Assembly (NCBI GenBank): GCA_026770705.1
Contig: JANJGN010000031.1
Location: 2,418,001 to 2,482,000, forward strand
Length of the DNA stretch: 64,000 nt
Source: Isurus oxyrinchus
Taxonomy: Eukaryota
Direction: 5' to 3'
This document shows positions 35,701 to 50,700 of this stretch, in pieces. The position numbers were made by a program, and so were the translations under genes. Each line of letters starts with the position of its first letter. The stretch's first letter is position 1. The notes under the pieces were generated by a model. It ran no database searches and was not told where the DNA came from. It worked only from the letters and a program-made list of their open reading frames with translations.

Positions 35701-38700
35701 CTGGGATCAACCTAGTGAACCTTCTCTGGACTGCTTCCAACACCAGTATATCTTTCCTTAGATAAGGGGATCAAAATTGTTCACAATATTCCATGTGTGG
35801 TCTAACTAGTGCCTTGTATAGTTTTAGCAAAACTTCCCTATTTTTATACCCCATTCCTTTTGAAATAAAGGCCAACATTCCATTTGCCTTCCATATTACC
35901 TGTTGTACTTGAATGAATCACAAAAAGCTAGCATTCATGCATCTTTTTCCCCCCAAAAAAACAATTGATATGATTAGGCTATTTGGGCAAGCTGATGATT
36001 TAAGGGGTCTGTCATTTTAGTTGTGCAGGGTGTTTGCCTCCAGAACTTGATGCACTTCAGTGCTTTGAGCTATTAAATACATGAGGGAGAAGGTACCGGA
36101 GGATATCTCAACGGGATGAGGTGAAGTAAAGAGATTGGGGGAGGTTTGTGTGCAGCATAAACACGGTTGAATGACCTGATTCTGTGCTGTACATTCTATG
36201 TAAATCTGTTAAAATTACATATTTAAATGTGTTTAATGTTTGCTGCATTTAAATATATTCTTTTTTCTTTTCCATGTTCTGCCTTCAGCCAAATGGCAAC
36301 TGGTCCGGTAAGTAGCTTGAATCTTCCTTAACTGTTTTAAGTTAATAAGACTGTTTGTACACAAATTAAATGTTAAATATTTTACTTATGTTCAGTAGTT
36401 TGCTGTAGCCTTGGGTTCTGCTTCTGATCAGAGCTTTAAAAAAAAAATTTATCTACGCTGCTATTTCAGCCAGGATTGTTCCATTGCCTTCTGTCCAGTG
36501 TCCCTTTTTAAAGTTCAAGTATTGACTGATGTCACCAACATTTCACTTCCATGCTCAAATATGTTTGAGCTGTTTTGAGAACAACTGGTGCTATGAACTT
36601 GTCTCGATGTGAGTTAGTGCCTTCAGGAAATCTGAGATGCTGAGAAGTGGGGACAGCACCTGGAATTGTATAAATGCATGTTGAACAGCTGCACTGGATA
36701 TCAGTCTTCAGAGGGTTTATGTGCAATGGAGGGCACAGTGTCAGTGTTGTGCAGTGCCACTACCCACACTTGTGCCTGTGGTTCACTTGTCTGTACTGTT
36801 CAAGGAAAGATTTATGTGAATTCTACCACGGATAGTGAAAGCCAGACTGGATGGAGTCCTCAATGATGACTTTTGTTGACTTGGTTAGCGGCCTGCAGGC
36901 AAGATGCCTGGAAACGGATTCAATTATCTTCAAGAACAGTGAGAAATGAGAAGCACTGATGGCCAATCCTCTTCACCGCCCCATCCCTAGCAACCATGCC
37001 CCATGTTTGGAGAGCCAGCCAGTAATCCTGGAAGGACTTTTCTTCCTTCTGGAAATAATGCCAGGGATGAAGGATGTTAGTTACTTGAAGAAGCTGGGAT
37101 TGTTTTTGAAGCAGGGAAGCTTGAGATTTCATAAAGATGTTCAAAACTACGAATGGTTTTGATAAAGCGAGGGAGAATCTGTTTTCCATTGACTGATGCT
37201 GGTAATTCAGCTCTTGTCCTGTCCTGCATTTAAGGCTGCCAACACTCTCTAGGATTGTCCAAGAATTAAAGATTAATCTGCAAAATCCATGATGGACCAT
37301 TAATTAATTTTTGAACACTTGTTATCAAAACACTATAGATGGGTAAAATAAAAAATAAGTTTAACTGGGTGCATGTGGGCAGGTTGTGTGATAGTCTCCA
37401 GGAAGAGATCAAACCAGAGCTGGCAGTCACTAGCCTTGGGCTTAAGTAAATTTCTCAAGGTTTTTTAAAAAAAACTATAACTGAACCTTTGATTATTGAC
37501 AGTGGGGAACTAAGTTTCTTGTAATGACACTCTAGTCTGGAATTTTTTGACATTATGTAAAGGGCTTATGAGTTGGGCTCTGACCTTTCTGACAATCTGT
37601 TGACTTTTTTTTATAGGCTGAGCAGCCCCGCCACGTTTCACAGGTTGAGGCCTATGAGAACGATGAAGAACGAAAGTTTCGTCAGATCTTCAAAAGTCTG
37701 GCTGGAGATGTAAGCGTTAAAAGTGTATTTGTGAACTATTTGTGCATTTGGAGGTTTCTCCCAAATTAACTTTCTGTAGTTAACTGAAAGTTTTGGATAC
37801 TAAGTTTCTGTTAAATAACTCTTACACCTGGGAGACTCGGCCAGTATCTTCACTTGAACTGCATGGACCAGGATGGGCATGGGGAGATATTGGTCCAGGG
37901 TTCTACAGTTGTACTCCCCAAAGGTTCAGAGGGGAGAGAAATTGGATAGGGCTCAAAATTGTCCAATCACCATTGCTCAAAAGGTGTGTGGGGCACACTG
38001 GGGCCAGCTGTGATGACTCAACTTCCCCTATACGGTGCAGCAAGTTGCCAGCACTTACTGAGGCTTAAGCATGAATAATGACCCCCCTGTGCAAGATACC
38101 AGGGTTTATGTGTCTTTCAATTTCATACCTTGAGTTTGTGTGCCAGTCTAAAGCAGGGGTGGATTTTATCTTTGAATGGTCTGCTTTTAAGGAGAGGGAG
38201 TGGTGGTGGTTGTCTTGGCACCTTGACCTATGACATTGAAGAATTAATTTATTGGTTTCCTTGTGTAAATTAAAGCACCTTCTCTCTTTCTCCTCGTCTG
38301 TTTTTCACTCTCTCTCGAGGTAGAGATTTAAGGCCTCGCCCATTATCTACAGTTGTGATTGAACCAATTTTGTTGGTTTGCTTCGAAGCCCCACCCAGAC
38401 TTGCTGGTGTGCTTCTGAATGAGTATTAATCCCTGCCTCTTCTAGAGTATCCCTTGGGTTCTCCTGTGCTGGATTTCTCTCAAAAGATCCACCTTTAAAA
38501 CTAGATATTTCCTTGTTCAATTCTTTTCTTTTTAGGTTGTCAGGGTTTTTTCTTGACTGCAGTGCATTAAACAATATGGAAATATATGCACATTTGTACT
38601 GATCTTGACCTGAGTTTCTGGTCACTTAGGCTGGGCAGTGAGATGTAATTTCACTTTGATGTCACTCTGAGTTGTCTCTTGCAAGTTCCCTTATGTTAAA

Positions 38701-41700
38701 ATGTATCTCTATAAAGTCTTTATGTTTAAAAAATCTCAAACCTATACCTTTTGGAGTATTGGTTCCCAGATTAGGAGTGTTGAGTCCTGGTGTTTAAAAA
38801 GGGGGATGTCGGCTGCTGTTAGACATGTTGACAGTTTTTGTGGGGTGGTGGAGGAGGGGGAGGTGATGGCATTCAGCAGACCCCTCCACACCCATCATCT
38901 CGGGGCTCCAACTCAACTATTTTTGCGGTAAGCTGCTAGACTTTGTCTGATTCTTATTTTTGTTAGTGAGGATGAGGGGCAGCAGGAAGGAGAGGAACTG
39001 CTGGGCTCCAATTGCATGTCCCTTTTTCTTCTGTTAGAAAGTAGAGACCTCAGGGGGACCTGTCGACCATTGCAGTTGACCCAGTCAGTGCCTTCCCCTC
39101 GCCTTTTACATATATTACAAAATTAATTGAGATATTCAACAATAGTTAGGGCATCGACTTCAAGAGGGAGGGGTGAATGTTGCTGGAGTGCAGCAATAGT
39201 TGACTAGTAAGCATTTTGGAAGTGTGTGGGTGATTCACCACCAGGTCTGCCCTAAATATCTACTCACTAAGGTGTGGTCACAAACCCATTGGTCCTCAGC
39301 TGCTGAAAGAGTTGTCTGATCCTAGTTTTGGATCGCTTTCCTGTGATTTGAGAGAATTAAATACGCCAATGCCTCACATCGAGGGACAAACTGTTTAAAA
39401 ATGAAGAGATTTGATTTTTTTTTAAATGAAGTTGCTTTTTGTTTTCAAACATCAACCAATATAGATTAACAGTTGGTTCATAAATCTCAATGGTGGGTTA
39501 GAGCTCTTTTCAAAAAAACTATTGTTGCATCTGGCAATGCCTTACACAAAAAAAACTATATACCTGTTATCCTCCTTTAACATAGGCATCTGCTGCCCTC
39601 CCACAGTCACTACTGGCTGAAACATTGCCTCCTTATGCAACCTAACCCACGTGGCACAGCTTAATGCATTAAAAATACATTTTATTTGTACTGTAACTGC
39701 CTCCAAACCGGAGTTCATCAAAATGTGAAGGCAGTCAAGTGAATACGATAACTGGCTGGTCCAGCCACCTGTCTCTCACACTTGTGATACCCAATGTATC
39801 ACTGTGCTACACACCTATAAATTTCAATGATCAGTTTTAATCATTATTCTCATTTGTGACATCTCAAAATAATTTAACAAATTGACGTGGTAATGTAGAA
39901 CAGTAAATACTTGATAACCAAAGGAGCAGCAGAATTGTTCACCAGTAGACAATTTGCAATTCTACAGTGCTCCTAATGCAGGGATGCACCTGAAAGAACT
40001 TTACTTTGAGAAGTACAAAACATTGCACACTGAGCAGGTGGGGTAAATTTTAAAATTGGAGTAGGGCAATGAAAGGCACAATAGAGAAGTGTTTTAGAGT
40101 ATCTTTTACAGGAGAGTGTGGTGAAAACTGAAGGGAGGGCAGGACTATAGTGACTAAATGTGGCACCATCGATAGTGAAGTGGGGGAAAAGAAACTCCTA
40201 AGCTTGGTGTTAGAGGCGTACAGAAACTTGAAAATTAGGCCAGAAATTTCAGTTAATGCTGCAGGACATTCCTAGATTGAGCCGAAGAGAGAGACAGGCA
40301 GTGCCCAGCCCTCTGACCCTCGGCTCACCACCTCTAGCCCTCCCCCTGTGAGATGCTTGGCTCTCTCAGAAATAAGAGCCAGTGTTAGCTCTGGCAGCAA
40401 CTCTGTAACCAAGCTGCTTATCAGTAGACAGATTTCAGTTGCCTGTGGAAAGAAACAATGAGCAAAGGCACTGGAGTACTAAAACACCCTTTTTAAAATA
40501 ATATTTGTAAGTGTCATGTAATATGTATCACATGATTAGACATTGCAACACTTCCTACCAGAATTGCCAACCTACTAGAAACCCTAGACCTGCATTAACA
40601 TAGATGCTGTAATTTATGGTTTCAGCATTAGTGCAACAGCCTTTGGGTTTTCATGAGCCTGGCATATATAGGGTTAAGCAGCACTTTTCTCCTGCTGATG
40701 CCAGGCGTGAGACTTTGGGCATCATCATATGTCAGATTTGGAATTCTGCTATTTTGCTGAAGGAAGGAGGTGGTGGGGCTGTGAGTGCAGCTAGAGCTGT
40801 TTTATCAGTATAACTCGGGCAAGGAATGAAAGAGCTGGTGGTGGTATAGCTGACTATCTCATTCTCCTCCCGGTGCGCTGCATATCTAATGAAGCAACCC
40901 TGATACAGCATACTTGCTGTGTTCCTTGGGGGCAGGGGGGGGTGGGGGGTAGAAAGAGAGAGATCCAATCAATGTCTGGGATGAAGTCCTGAGTTTTCAC
41001 AGCCCTTCATGTGATTGAGTTTGATTGAGATCGCAACTTGTGGTCAATTCTCGTGTTGGCAGGTCTGGAGAACAGTCACATGGGGCTGTGTGTGAGGAAC
41101 ATCTTCTCGCCCAGGCTACCTCCAGTTTGCTTCCACTTGTCATTTTTCCCAAACAATAATTTACCATGAATCCAGTGGCTTCTATTTGCCCCCCTCACTG
41201 CCTGGGTTCCTTGCTGCTTGTGCATTACTGCAGGAAGATACTAAGCTGAGGCCCAGCTCCTTTTGGTTAGGATTAGGGGGTGGGGAGAAAACTGAATTCT
41301 CTTTGCACATCCTAGTGACCCAACAAAGTTAGAAGATTTATGCCTGAGAGAAAGTTGCTGATGGTGAGTAGTGGTCAGGGTTGACTAGTAAGGGAGCTAG
41401 CCTGAGGGAATAGGGAACCAGACTCTTGATTTCTGTAGGGTTGAATTTCAGTTATTGCATCGAGATGACATCCAATAGCAGCATCTGGACTAATTCTACA
41501 TTTCATTACAAGAAACCCGTAAATTTGTAGGCCTAGGAGAAATGATCCTGTTCAGTTTTTCCAGTTAAACGGTAACTTCTCATTAAGACGTTACTGGGAG
41601 TAGGGAAGCGAAGAGAGAGCAAGATATCTCAATATGGATATTCATGTTTATTTAGTGTTGAAAATGCAATGTTCTGGGGTTAGGAGAAATTCTTGCCACC

Positions 41701-44700
41701 TGGTCCTTGTGTCCCTCCTGTAAAGCGATGAGAGTCGGAATATTCTCTTGGAATAAATTGTGTCTGTTGCGATCTAAGAAGGATCTGGTTCCTTGCAGGA
41801 CATGGAGGTGAGTCCAGTAGAGCTGAAGAACATCCTCAACAAAATTGTATGCAGACGTAAGTAGCGGTTTTGTTTTTCACAGCTGCTTCTCTGTATGATG
41901 TGACAATACCAAATCGGCCTTGTAGGTATCAACATGGCTCAGGTGGTAGCCCTTTCAAGTCTGAAACAGAAATTTATGGGTTTAAGTGCTACTCCAGAAC
42001 TGTGACCTAATTCTACATACTCGTTATTCCTAGTTATCTAGGGCTAACACAAATCTACCTTTAAAATTAATAATTAATCTAGTATCATTTATGGAAAAGA
42101 GTTCCAAACATCTACCACCCTTTTCCAAGAATTGTTTCCTAATTTCATTCCTAAAAAGTCTGACTCTTATGTTATCAGACGACTGCCTGCTAACCGTGGA
42201 GAATATAAAGAAAGTAGGAAGAAGCTTAAGCAAGGAGTCAGGAGGGCTAAAAGGGGTCATGAAAAGTCATTGGCAACCAGGATTAAGGAAAATCCCAAGG
42301 CCTTTTATACATATGTAAAAAGCAAGAGGGTAGACAGGGAAAGGGTAGGCCCACTCAGGGACAGAGGTGGGAATCTGTGTGTGGAGCCAGAAGAAATGGG
42401 AGAGATACTAAATGAGTGCTCCTCATTAATATTCACCAAAGAGAAGGACTTAGCGGTCGATTTGTCTAGGGAAGAGTGTGTAGATAGCCTGGATCATGTT
42501 AAGATCAAAAAAGGTGTTAGGCGTCTTGAAGAATATTAAGGATAAGTTCCCAGGCCCAGATGGGATCTACCCCAGAATACTGAGGGAGGCAAGGGAGGAG
42601 ATTGCTGGGGCCTTGACAGAAATCTTTGTATCCTCACTGGCTACAGATGAGGTCCCAGAGGACTGGAGAATGTTGTTCCATTGTTTAAGAAGGGTAACAG
42701 GGATAATCCAGGAAATTACAGGCCGGTGAGCCTTACGTCGGTGGTAGGGAAATTATTGGAGAAGATTCTTCGTGACAGGATTTACTACCATTTGGAAGCA
42801 AATGGGCGTATCAGTGAGAGGCAGCATGGTTTTGTGAAAGGGAGGTCGTGTCTCACTAACTTGATTGAGTTTTTCGAGGAAGTGACAAAGATGATCGATG
42901 GAAGGGTAGTGGATGTTATCTATATGGATTTCAATAAGGCCCTTGACAAGGTCCCTCATGACAGACTGTACAGAAGGTAAAGTCGCACGGGATCAGAGGT
43001 GAGCTGGCAAGATGGATACAGAATTGGCTTGGTCATAGAATACAGAGGGTAGCAGTGGAAGGGTGCTTTTTTGAATGGAGAGCTGTGACTAGTGGTGTTC
43101 TGCAGGGATCAGTGCTGGGACCTTTGCTGTTTGTAGAATACGTAAATGATTTGGAGGAAAATGTAACTGGGCTAATTAGTAAGTTTGCAGATGACACTAA
43201 GGTTGGAGGAGTTGCAGATAGTGAAGAGCATTGTCAAAGGATACAATGGGATATAGATCGGTTGGAGACTTGGGCGGAGAAATGGCAGATGGAGTTTAAT
43301 CTGGACAAATGCAAGGTAATGCATTTTGGAAGGTCTAATACAGGTAGGAACTATACAGTAAATGGCAGAACCCTTAAGTGCATTGAAGGGCAGAGGGATC
43401 TGGGTGTACAGGTCCACAGGTCACTGACAGTGGCAACGCAGGTGGATAAGGTAGTCAGGAAGGCATATGGCATGCTTGCCTTCATTGGCAGGGGTATTGA
43501 GTATAAAAGCTGGGAAATCATGCTGCAGCTGTTTAAAACCTTGGTTAGGCCACACTTGGAATATTGTGTGCAATTCTGGTCACCCCATTACCTGAAGGAT
43601 ATGGAGGCATTGGAGAGGGTGCAGAGGAGGTTTATCAGGATGCTGCCTGGTCTGGAGGTTATTAGCTGTGAGGAGAGGTTGGAGAAACTTGGATTGTTCT
43701 CACTAGAGCGATGGAGATTGAGGGGCGACTTGATAGAAGTTTACAAAATTATGAGTGGCATGGACAGAGAAGATAGTCAGAAGCTTTTTCCCAGGGTGGA
43801 AGAGTTAATTACTAGGGGACATAGATTTAAGGTGAGAGGAGAAAACTTTAGAGGAGATGTGCGGGGCAAGTTTTTTTATGCAGAGGGTAGTGAGTGTCTG
43901 GAATTCGCTGCCAGAGGAGGTGGTGGAAGCAGGTACAATAGTGGTGTTTAAGAGGCAGCTTGACAAATACATGAATAGGATGGGAATAGAGGGATATGGA
44001 GCCCGGAAGTGCAAAATGTTTTAGTTTGACAGGCAATATGATCAGTGCAGGCTTGAAGGACTGAAGGGCCTGTTCCTGTGCTGTACTTTTCTTTGTTCTT
44101 TGTTCTAGCCTTAGACCTCCCAGCAAGCAGAAATAATTTCTCACAATCTGTTCCTCTTAATATCTTAAACTTTGATCAAATCACCCATGAACCTAAATGC
44201 AAAACAACCATGGTCTGTTTAATCTCTTCCCATAGCTTAACCCTTCGAGTCCAGGTATAATTCTAGTAAAACCACACTACATTTGAAGAGCTGCATTTTT
44301 GGAGGTGTTGTTTTTCAGATCAGATGTCAAATGCCCTTCTGGCATCCTGACCAACACTTGTTCCCAAACCAGCATCAAACAGAATCACTGGTGATTGCTT
44401 ATGGTGGGGTTTTGATCAGTTTTAATTGACTGTTTGCCCACAGTGACTGAGCTTCAAATTCATTAGCTGAAAATGTTCTGAAAGCACGTTTTTCTGTAGA
44501 AACAAAATTGAAATCTTGTTTGAAACCTTGTCTGAATAAATTAGTCATGGGCAGAGGCTTTTGGTCTCTGCAGTTCAGAGCAGAGCTTGATGAGGACCTG
44601 TTGCTTTCATTGTAATGAATATTCTCATTATTGTGCATAGGGTTGTGCAGTAATTGTAGCTCTAAGGAATGTGGTGACTGTAGCTGCAATTACTATAGGT

Positions 44701-47700
44701 TGCCAGCCCTCCAGGATTGAAGATCAATCTGCAGGACACCGCTGTGTGTGCAATCCTGAAGAAAAATCATCCAGAGATTCAAAAAGACTTTTCAATTTTC
44801 TTTGAGCATTTCTCCTTTACTGAATATGAAAATGGAGGGGAGGGGGGGTGCAGTGGGTAGGGGGAGGAGTCTGTTTGGCTGATAGTCAAGCATCATTCAA
44901 TTGCATAATGAATGTTTTATTTTCTAATTGGCATAGGAAGGCAGTATGTCAGATCGAAGTGTTGGAGCATGGGGCATTTTTTTAAAATTCACTTAAGGGA
45001 TGTGGGGGTTGCTGACTAGGCCAGCATTTATTGCCCCATCCCTAACTGCCCTTGTTCAGAGGGCATTTTAAAGAGTCAACCACATTGCTGTGGGTCTGGA
45101 GTCACATGTAGGCCAGACCAGCTAAGGATGGCAGATTTCCTTCCCTAAAGGACGTTAGTGAACCAGATGGGTTTTTATGACAATCACTAATGGTTTCATG
45201 GTCATCATCAGACTTTTAATTCCAGATATTTATTGAATTCAAATTCAATCAATTGGGTGGGATTTGAACCCTGGTCCCCAGAGCACTACCCTGGGTCTCT
45301 GGGATACTAGTCCAGTGATACCACTATGTCACCACCTCCCCCTCATCGTGTGATGAAACCTCCAGGGATACATTTAATCACAGTTGGCAACCCTAATTGT
45401 GCAATAATTAAGTATTTTGACATGTTCAAGAATTACAATATTCAATAGGTTAAGAGGGTTTCTGTTTTTGTTAGGGCAGAGGAAGTGTGGGGAATAGGGT
45501 ACACAGTACATCACCCTATTGGAGTCTCTGATCTTCACAGCCCTGTCTCTGGGTGGAAGTTTGTGTTTAATTATCACTGCTTTAAAAGGGTAGTTATTCT
45601 GGAAGCAGATTTCTTCTAATTCATTCACTGGATGTGGATGTCACTGGCAAGGCCAGCAGTTGTTGCCAATCCCTAATTGAGAAGGTGGTGATGAGCTGCA
45701 GCCTTGAATGTTTGGCTGATTAGTGGTTTTTAATTACATCTGGCTAGTTATGCCATTGCTACATCCAATCCTGAAATCAGCCACACTGCTGTGGGTCTGG
45801 AGTAGCATGTAGGTCAGACTGGATGAGGATGATGGCTATCCTTTTCTAAAGGGTGTTAGTAAACCCATCTGGTTCACTGACACTAGCTTTTTATTCTAGA
45901 TTTAATTAAATTTGCCCTCTGCCATGGTGGGATTTTAGCCCGTGCCTCCAGATCATTAGTCCAGATCTTTGCATTCCAGGTCCAGTTACGTGACCAGCAT
46001 ATTAACATAGCCTTAAGGTTGTGTGTCTGCTTGCTTCACTAAAGCTAGTTGACTTCTGTGATGCTCAAGGGAGATAGTGGTAATGTCACTGGACTAATAA
46101 TAGAGGCCCAGGCTAATGCTTTGGGAACACAGGTTCAAATCCTACCACGGCATCTGGTGGAATTTAAATACAATTAATTAAAAAAGTGGAATTGTAAGGT
46201 AGTCTCAGTAATAGTGACCATGAAACTGTCACTGATTGTTGTTTTAAAATCCACTGAGTTCACTAATTGTTATGACGATAACAAATGATGTGTGCCAGGC
46301 AGACCAAATCCACGAGGGAAACTTGGTCGTGCCATCACAACGGTTTTGCAATTTGTATCTATTTTGAGATGTGTGCACTGAATTCAGAACTAATAGGTCC
46401 ACCAAGCCTTGAGATTTAAAAAAATTAAGTTAAAATATTTATTAACAAAATAAAAGGTGTCAAGCATATACATAAGACTACAATTCCTATTTAACCTGAC
46501 TCCCAGTTACACCTCCTTTAAGCCAACAGTCAAAACATAGATTTTATATTTTAAACAGATCCAGCAAATTAATGCATTATCCTGGACGGTGGAATTCCAA
46601 ATGGCTTTTCTCCAGTTTCAGTTTCGGTAAACAGCAGACTTACGCACAAATACTGGAGGCTTCATTAAGGCTATTTCATGCACTTCTGTTTGATCTGACA
46701 TGGCCCTCTCCTGACACTCTGCCTCATTCTCCTTTTATACACATTTCTCTTTTAATATGTAAATTCTATTGTTTCATATGTCTTTGAAACTATCTTTCTC
46801 ACAAAATGAAAACTTTCATGTTACTGCTATTTATTGTCAATAACCTTTGGGGGAAAGTAAACACATTCCTTAGCCTTGCTTAGCTGGCTAGTTGTAAACA
46901 GACTGAGATCCCTTTGAAATCCAAATCTCCCTTCATCTATCTAAAAATGCAAATTCCCTTTACACCTTACATGCTAAGCCAGCATCCATGTTTGCTCAGC
47001 ATGTCAGGCACCTAGCTTCTTTTGAGTTAAAGCCTGCAGTTTACTTGACTCCAAATGTAATTAAATCGCACACAGAACCAGCCATACTTACCTCCGTAAA
47101 CCCACTTTACAATAAACCAGAAAAAATGTTATGAAAATTATTGTACTTTCATGACATCAGTGTCCTCTTGAAGGAAGGAAATCTGCCATCCTTACAAGGT
47201 CTGGCCTACATGTGACACTAAACCCACACTGGTTGATGCTGGCCTCTGAAATGGCCTAACAAGTCACTCAGTTCAAGGGCAATTAGGGAGGGGCAGCAAA
47301 TGCCAGTCTTGCTAATGATGCCCAGATCCTATGAAAACAATAAAAGAAAGAAAATGGGGCTTGTCAGCCTGAATCTGACAGGCTATTAAATGTTCAGTGT
47401 AGCCTGTTTCATGAAGAAACATTAATAAGGGAAGAAGGACAAACCTGAAAGTATTTCATATGTAGACTAAAAGAGCACTGTGGACTATTCAGAACCCACT
47501 GCCTATTGTTGTTGAATAACCTATTACTATTCAGAAAATAATTTTAAGGATAGGACTCTGGCCAGTGTTTCAAATAGATTATTGTCATGGGCAATAAATT
47601 AAATTTCTTTAATTTCTAAAGCTAATTAATGGTAACAGATTGTCTGGCATGATAGAATGTGCTTTTAATTTCAGTAGCTAAACACTATAAAATAGTGATT

Positions 47701-50700
47701 TGTGTGGTACAGAGAAATGATCACAATGGTGTCAATGTGTTTTGTGTTGAATAAATCCAATGTTTAAAGAACCTGATCTGAAGCTAAGCAGGGTAAGAGT
47801 TTGGCTAATACTTGGCCGGGAGATGGCTCGAGAATAGCTGATGTAATAGGGTTCATCTTTTGCAACTAGTGGCCAATGAACATAATGTTACAATCTGGTT
47901 AGGGATGATTAACATTTAAAAGGAATTCAAATAGCTTGTTTTAACCAATAGAACTATGCCACAAAATTTCACTTTTTAGACGATAAACCTAGCAAACTTT
48001 ATATAAAATAGTTAAACTAAACAAGCACTTAACTTAATATGGCTTATAACTATATAGGTTATGCACTCAGGTTTACTTCTTACATTCCCCAAGAATTCTC
48101 TTAAGACACATCAATCTTAAATTTATTTACTTCTGTAGGGACCACCCACAGGTATACCATAGTTCTCTGGAGAATTCTCCTCCACTCCTGCTATTCTCGC
48201 AAGCAAAACTTTCATTTACCCTCACTTGACTGTGGAAGCCTCAGTCCCTTATCCTGGTTATCTTTCACTACTTGCAAGCTAATTCAGCTGATTGCAAAAG
48301 AAAGTAAAAATACACTGAGGACCACTGTAGATTCTTCCACTAATTTCAAACCAGGCAATCTTCCAGCTTCTGTCCCCTCAAGATTCAAACTGAGATTGAC
48401 ACACTGTGTTGAAGGCAGGCGAGGCTTAATGAGAAAGTTAGTGTTTTACTCTGCTTACAATGTACGTCTGACTAACTGTCGATTCCTTTGACTACCCTCT
48501 TCTGTGAGCTGCAAACTGTATGCACCAGTTCCAAGCTGCAACTAAAAGTGCTCTCAGCAAACACCCAGATAAACTGAAACCAGTGAACCTTCCAAAGTGC
48601 CACTCACCTCCAAATGACACCGCCTGCTCTGGGATTTCCTTGAACTGACCTTAGATTAATTATCCCTTACTTAAAATTTCTTTGACTACAAGTTATATTC
48701 TAAAATGCAAAGATATATTCTAAAAGGCATGATCATGAACTAGATATCATCTGCAAGAACACAAGAAGTAGGAGAAGACCATATAGTCTGTCGAGCCTGC
48801 TCTGCCAATCAGTACGATGGTGACTGATCTTGGGCTTCGTCTCCCAAAAACCTATCTATCCCAGCCTTATATATATTTAACGGTCGAGCATCCACAACCT
48901 GCTGGGGTTGAGAATTCCAAAATTCACAACCCTTTGAGCGAAGACATTTTTCCTCATCTTGGTCCTAAATGATTGGTTCCTCATCCCGAGACACTGCCCC
49001 TCACCCCCCCATGTTCTAGACTCCCCAGCCAGGGGGAAACAACCTCTCAGCATCCACCTTGTCAGAATCTTGTATGTTTCAATGAGATAACCTCCCATTC
49101 TTCTAAACTCTAGAGAATACAGACCCAATTTACTCCACCTCTCAGTGTGGAGACTGGAGTGAATAGTGGACGCGAGTAACAACAAGAACAACTTGTATTT
49201 CAAAGCACCTTTAATGTGATGAAATGTACACAGACTCATCATAAAGCTACGCGTAATGCCAGGCCACTGAAGGAGATATTAGTTCAGAAGATTGAAAGCT
49301 TAGCTGAAGATATGTATTTTAGAGTGTCTTAAAGGAGGGTGGCAAGGTTCAGGGAGGCTACTCCAAAGCTTGGAACAATAAGTTCCTGAAAAAGGAAACA
49401 TGCTGTTGAAGCTTTCTGTCTTGCACTCATTGGGATAGATGCAAGAATGCCAAATTTCAAAGGGAACAATGACTGAGACTGCATGAGAAGGGCACTGACT
49501 GGCTGGCAAGTTGACTCTGGTTGAGGTGTTGCCATGACAAATGCACAAGGGAATTATTGTCCCCCCCCCCCACCCCGTGCATTTGTTTAGTTCAAAAAAA
49601 GACACAATGACTGATGTGTTTCTTTTACCAATGGAGCACAGCCTATGAGTATATGTAGCTTCCAGCAAGTGTAACTGAGCCACACTACGAGCGCAACTGT
49701 TGATTTTAAATTGGTTTCTAAAAAATATTATTGAAAAAGGACACTTGTTTGATTACACTGGTTATTTTGGAAATGGATTCACTAAAAGTAAAGTGATAAA
49801 CAGAGTTTAATTTTGAACAATGCAGTATTCAGAGATGCCAATCTTTGATCTGGCTAGATCTCTGGTTTCCTCCTTTCCTGTGGGCCCAATTGTTTTTTTT
49901 GGATGGAACAGATTCCTGGTTTTAATTTTGATGTTTTGTTCTCTGCCACAGATGCCGACCTAAAGACTGATGGCTTCAGCCTGGAGTCCTGCCGCAGCAT
50001 GGTTGCTGTTATGGATGTATCCTCCTGCAAAAAGCAAAACTAACTTTCAGCTCCAGAACATGAGCCGAGAGTCTTGCCTGTTCCTAACATCCCAGTTTTT
50101 AAGTTCCCCTGAGGGATTGAATACTGATGTATGATTCCATGTTTCGTTGCTGGCCTGTCCTGAGCCAGCTGATTTTCATCAGGGGGAGCAGGGGGTGAGG
50201 GGGTTGTGGACGGTGGGGGGATGGGAGTGGGTATGGGGAATTTTCCTTGAGAGAGAATCAAAGCTGGTTTAGGTTAGAGGAGTTTAACTCGGATAAACCA
50301 AAGTCATAAATGATATCATATGTGACAAAAGTAAGCTAACCCATCTCCTCTTTGAGCTTCTGCAGCTTTTAATCCAGTTGTTTACACCATCCTCCTTCAA
50401 CACCTCTTCACCACTGTCCAGCTGGTGGAATTGCACCCGCCTGATTCCATTCTTCTCTAATTGTAGCTGGAGAGCTGCTATCGTACCAAATCCTACTTGC
50501 CCATCACCCCTGTGCTCGCTGAGCTACATTGGTTCCTGGTTGAGCAACGCCTCGATTTTTGAATTTCTCTTCCTGATCCTGAACCGTTACCTGTGGTGTT
50601 CCCTCCTATTTCTCATCTACGTGCTGTCCTTTGGCAACATTATCCAGAAACACTGTTGGTTTTCATGTGTGCTGACAACATCCAGCTCTACCTCGCCACC

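Noticed and set aside
47583-48735. Another solo LTR
   Set aside because: It has a TGTCATG start and LTR-like composition, but the right end and TSD could not be established.
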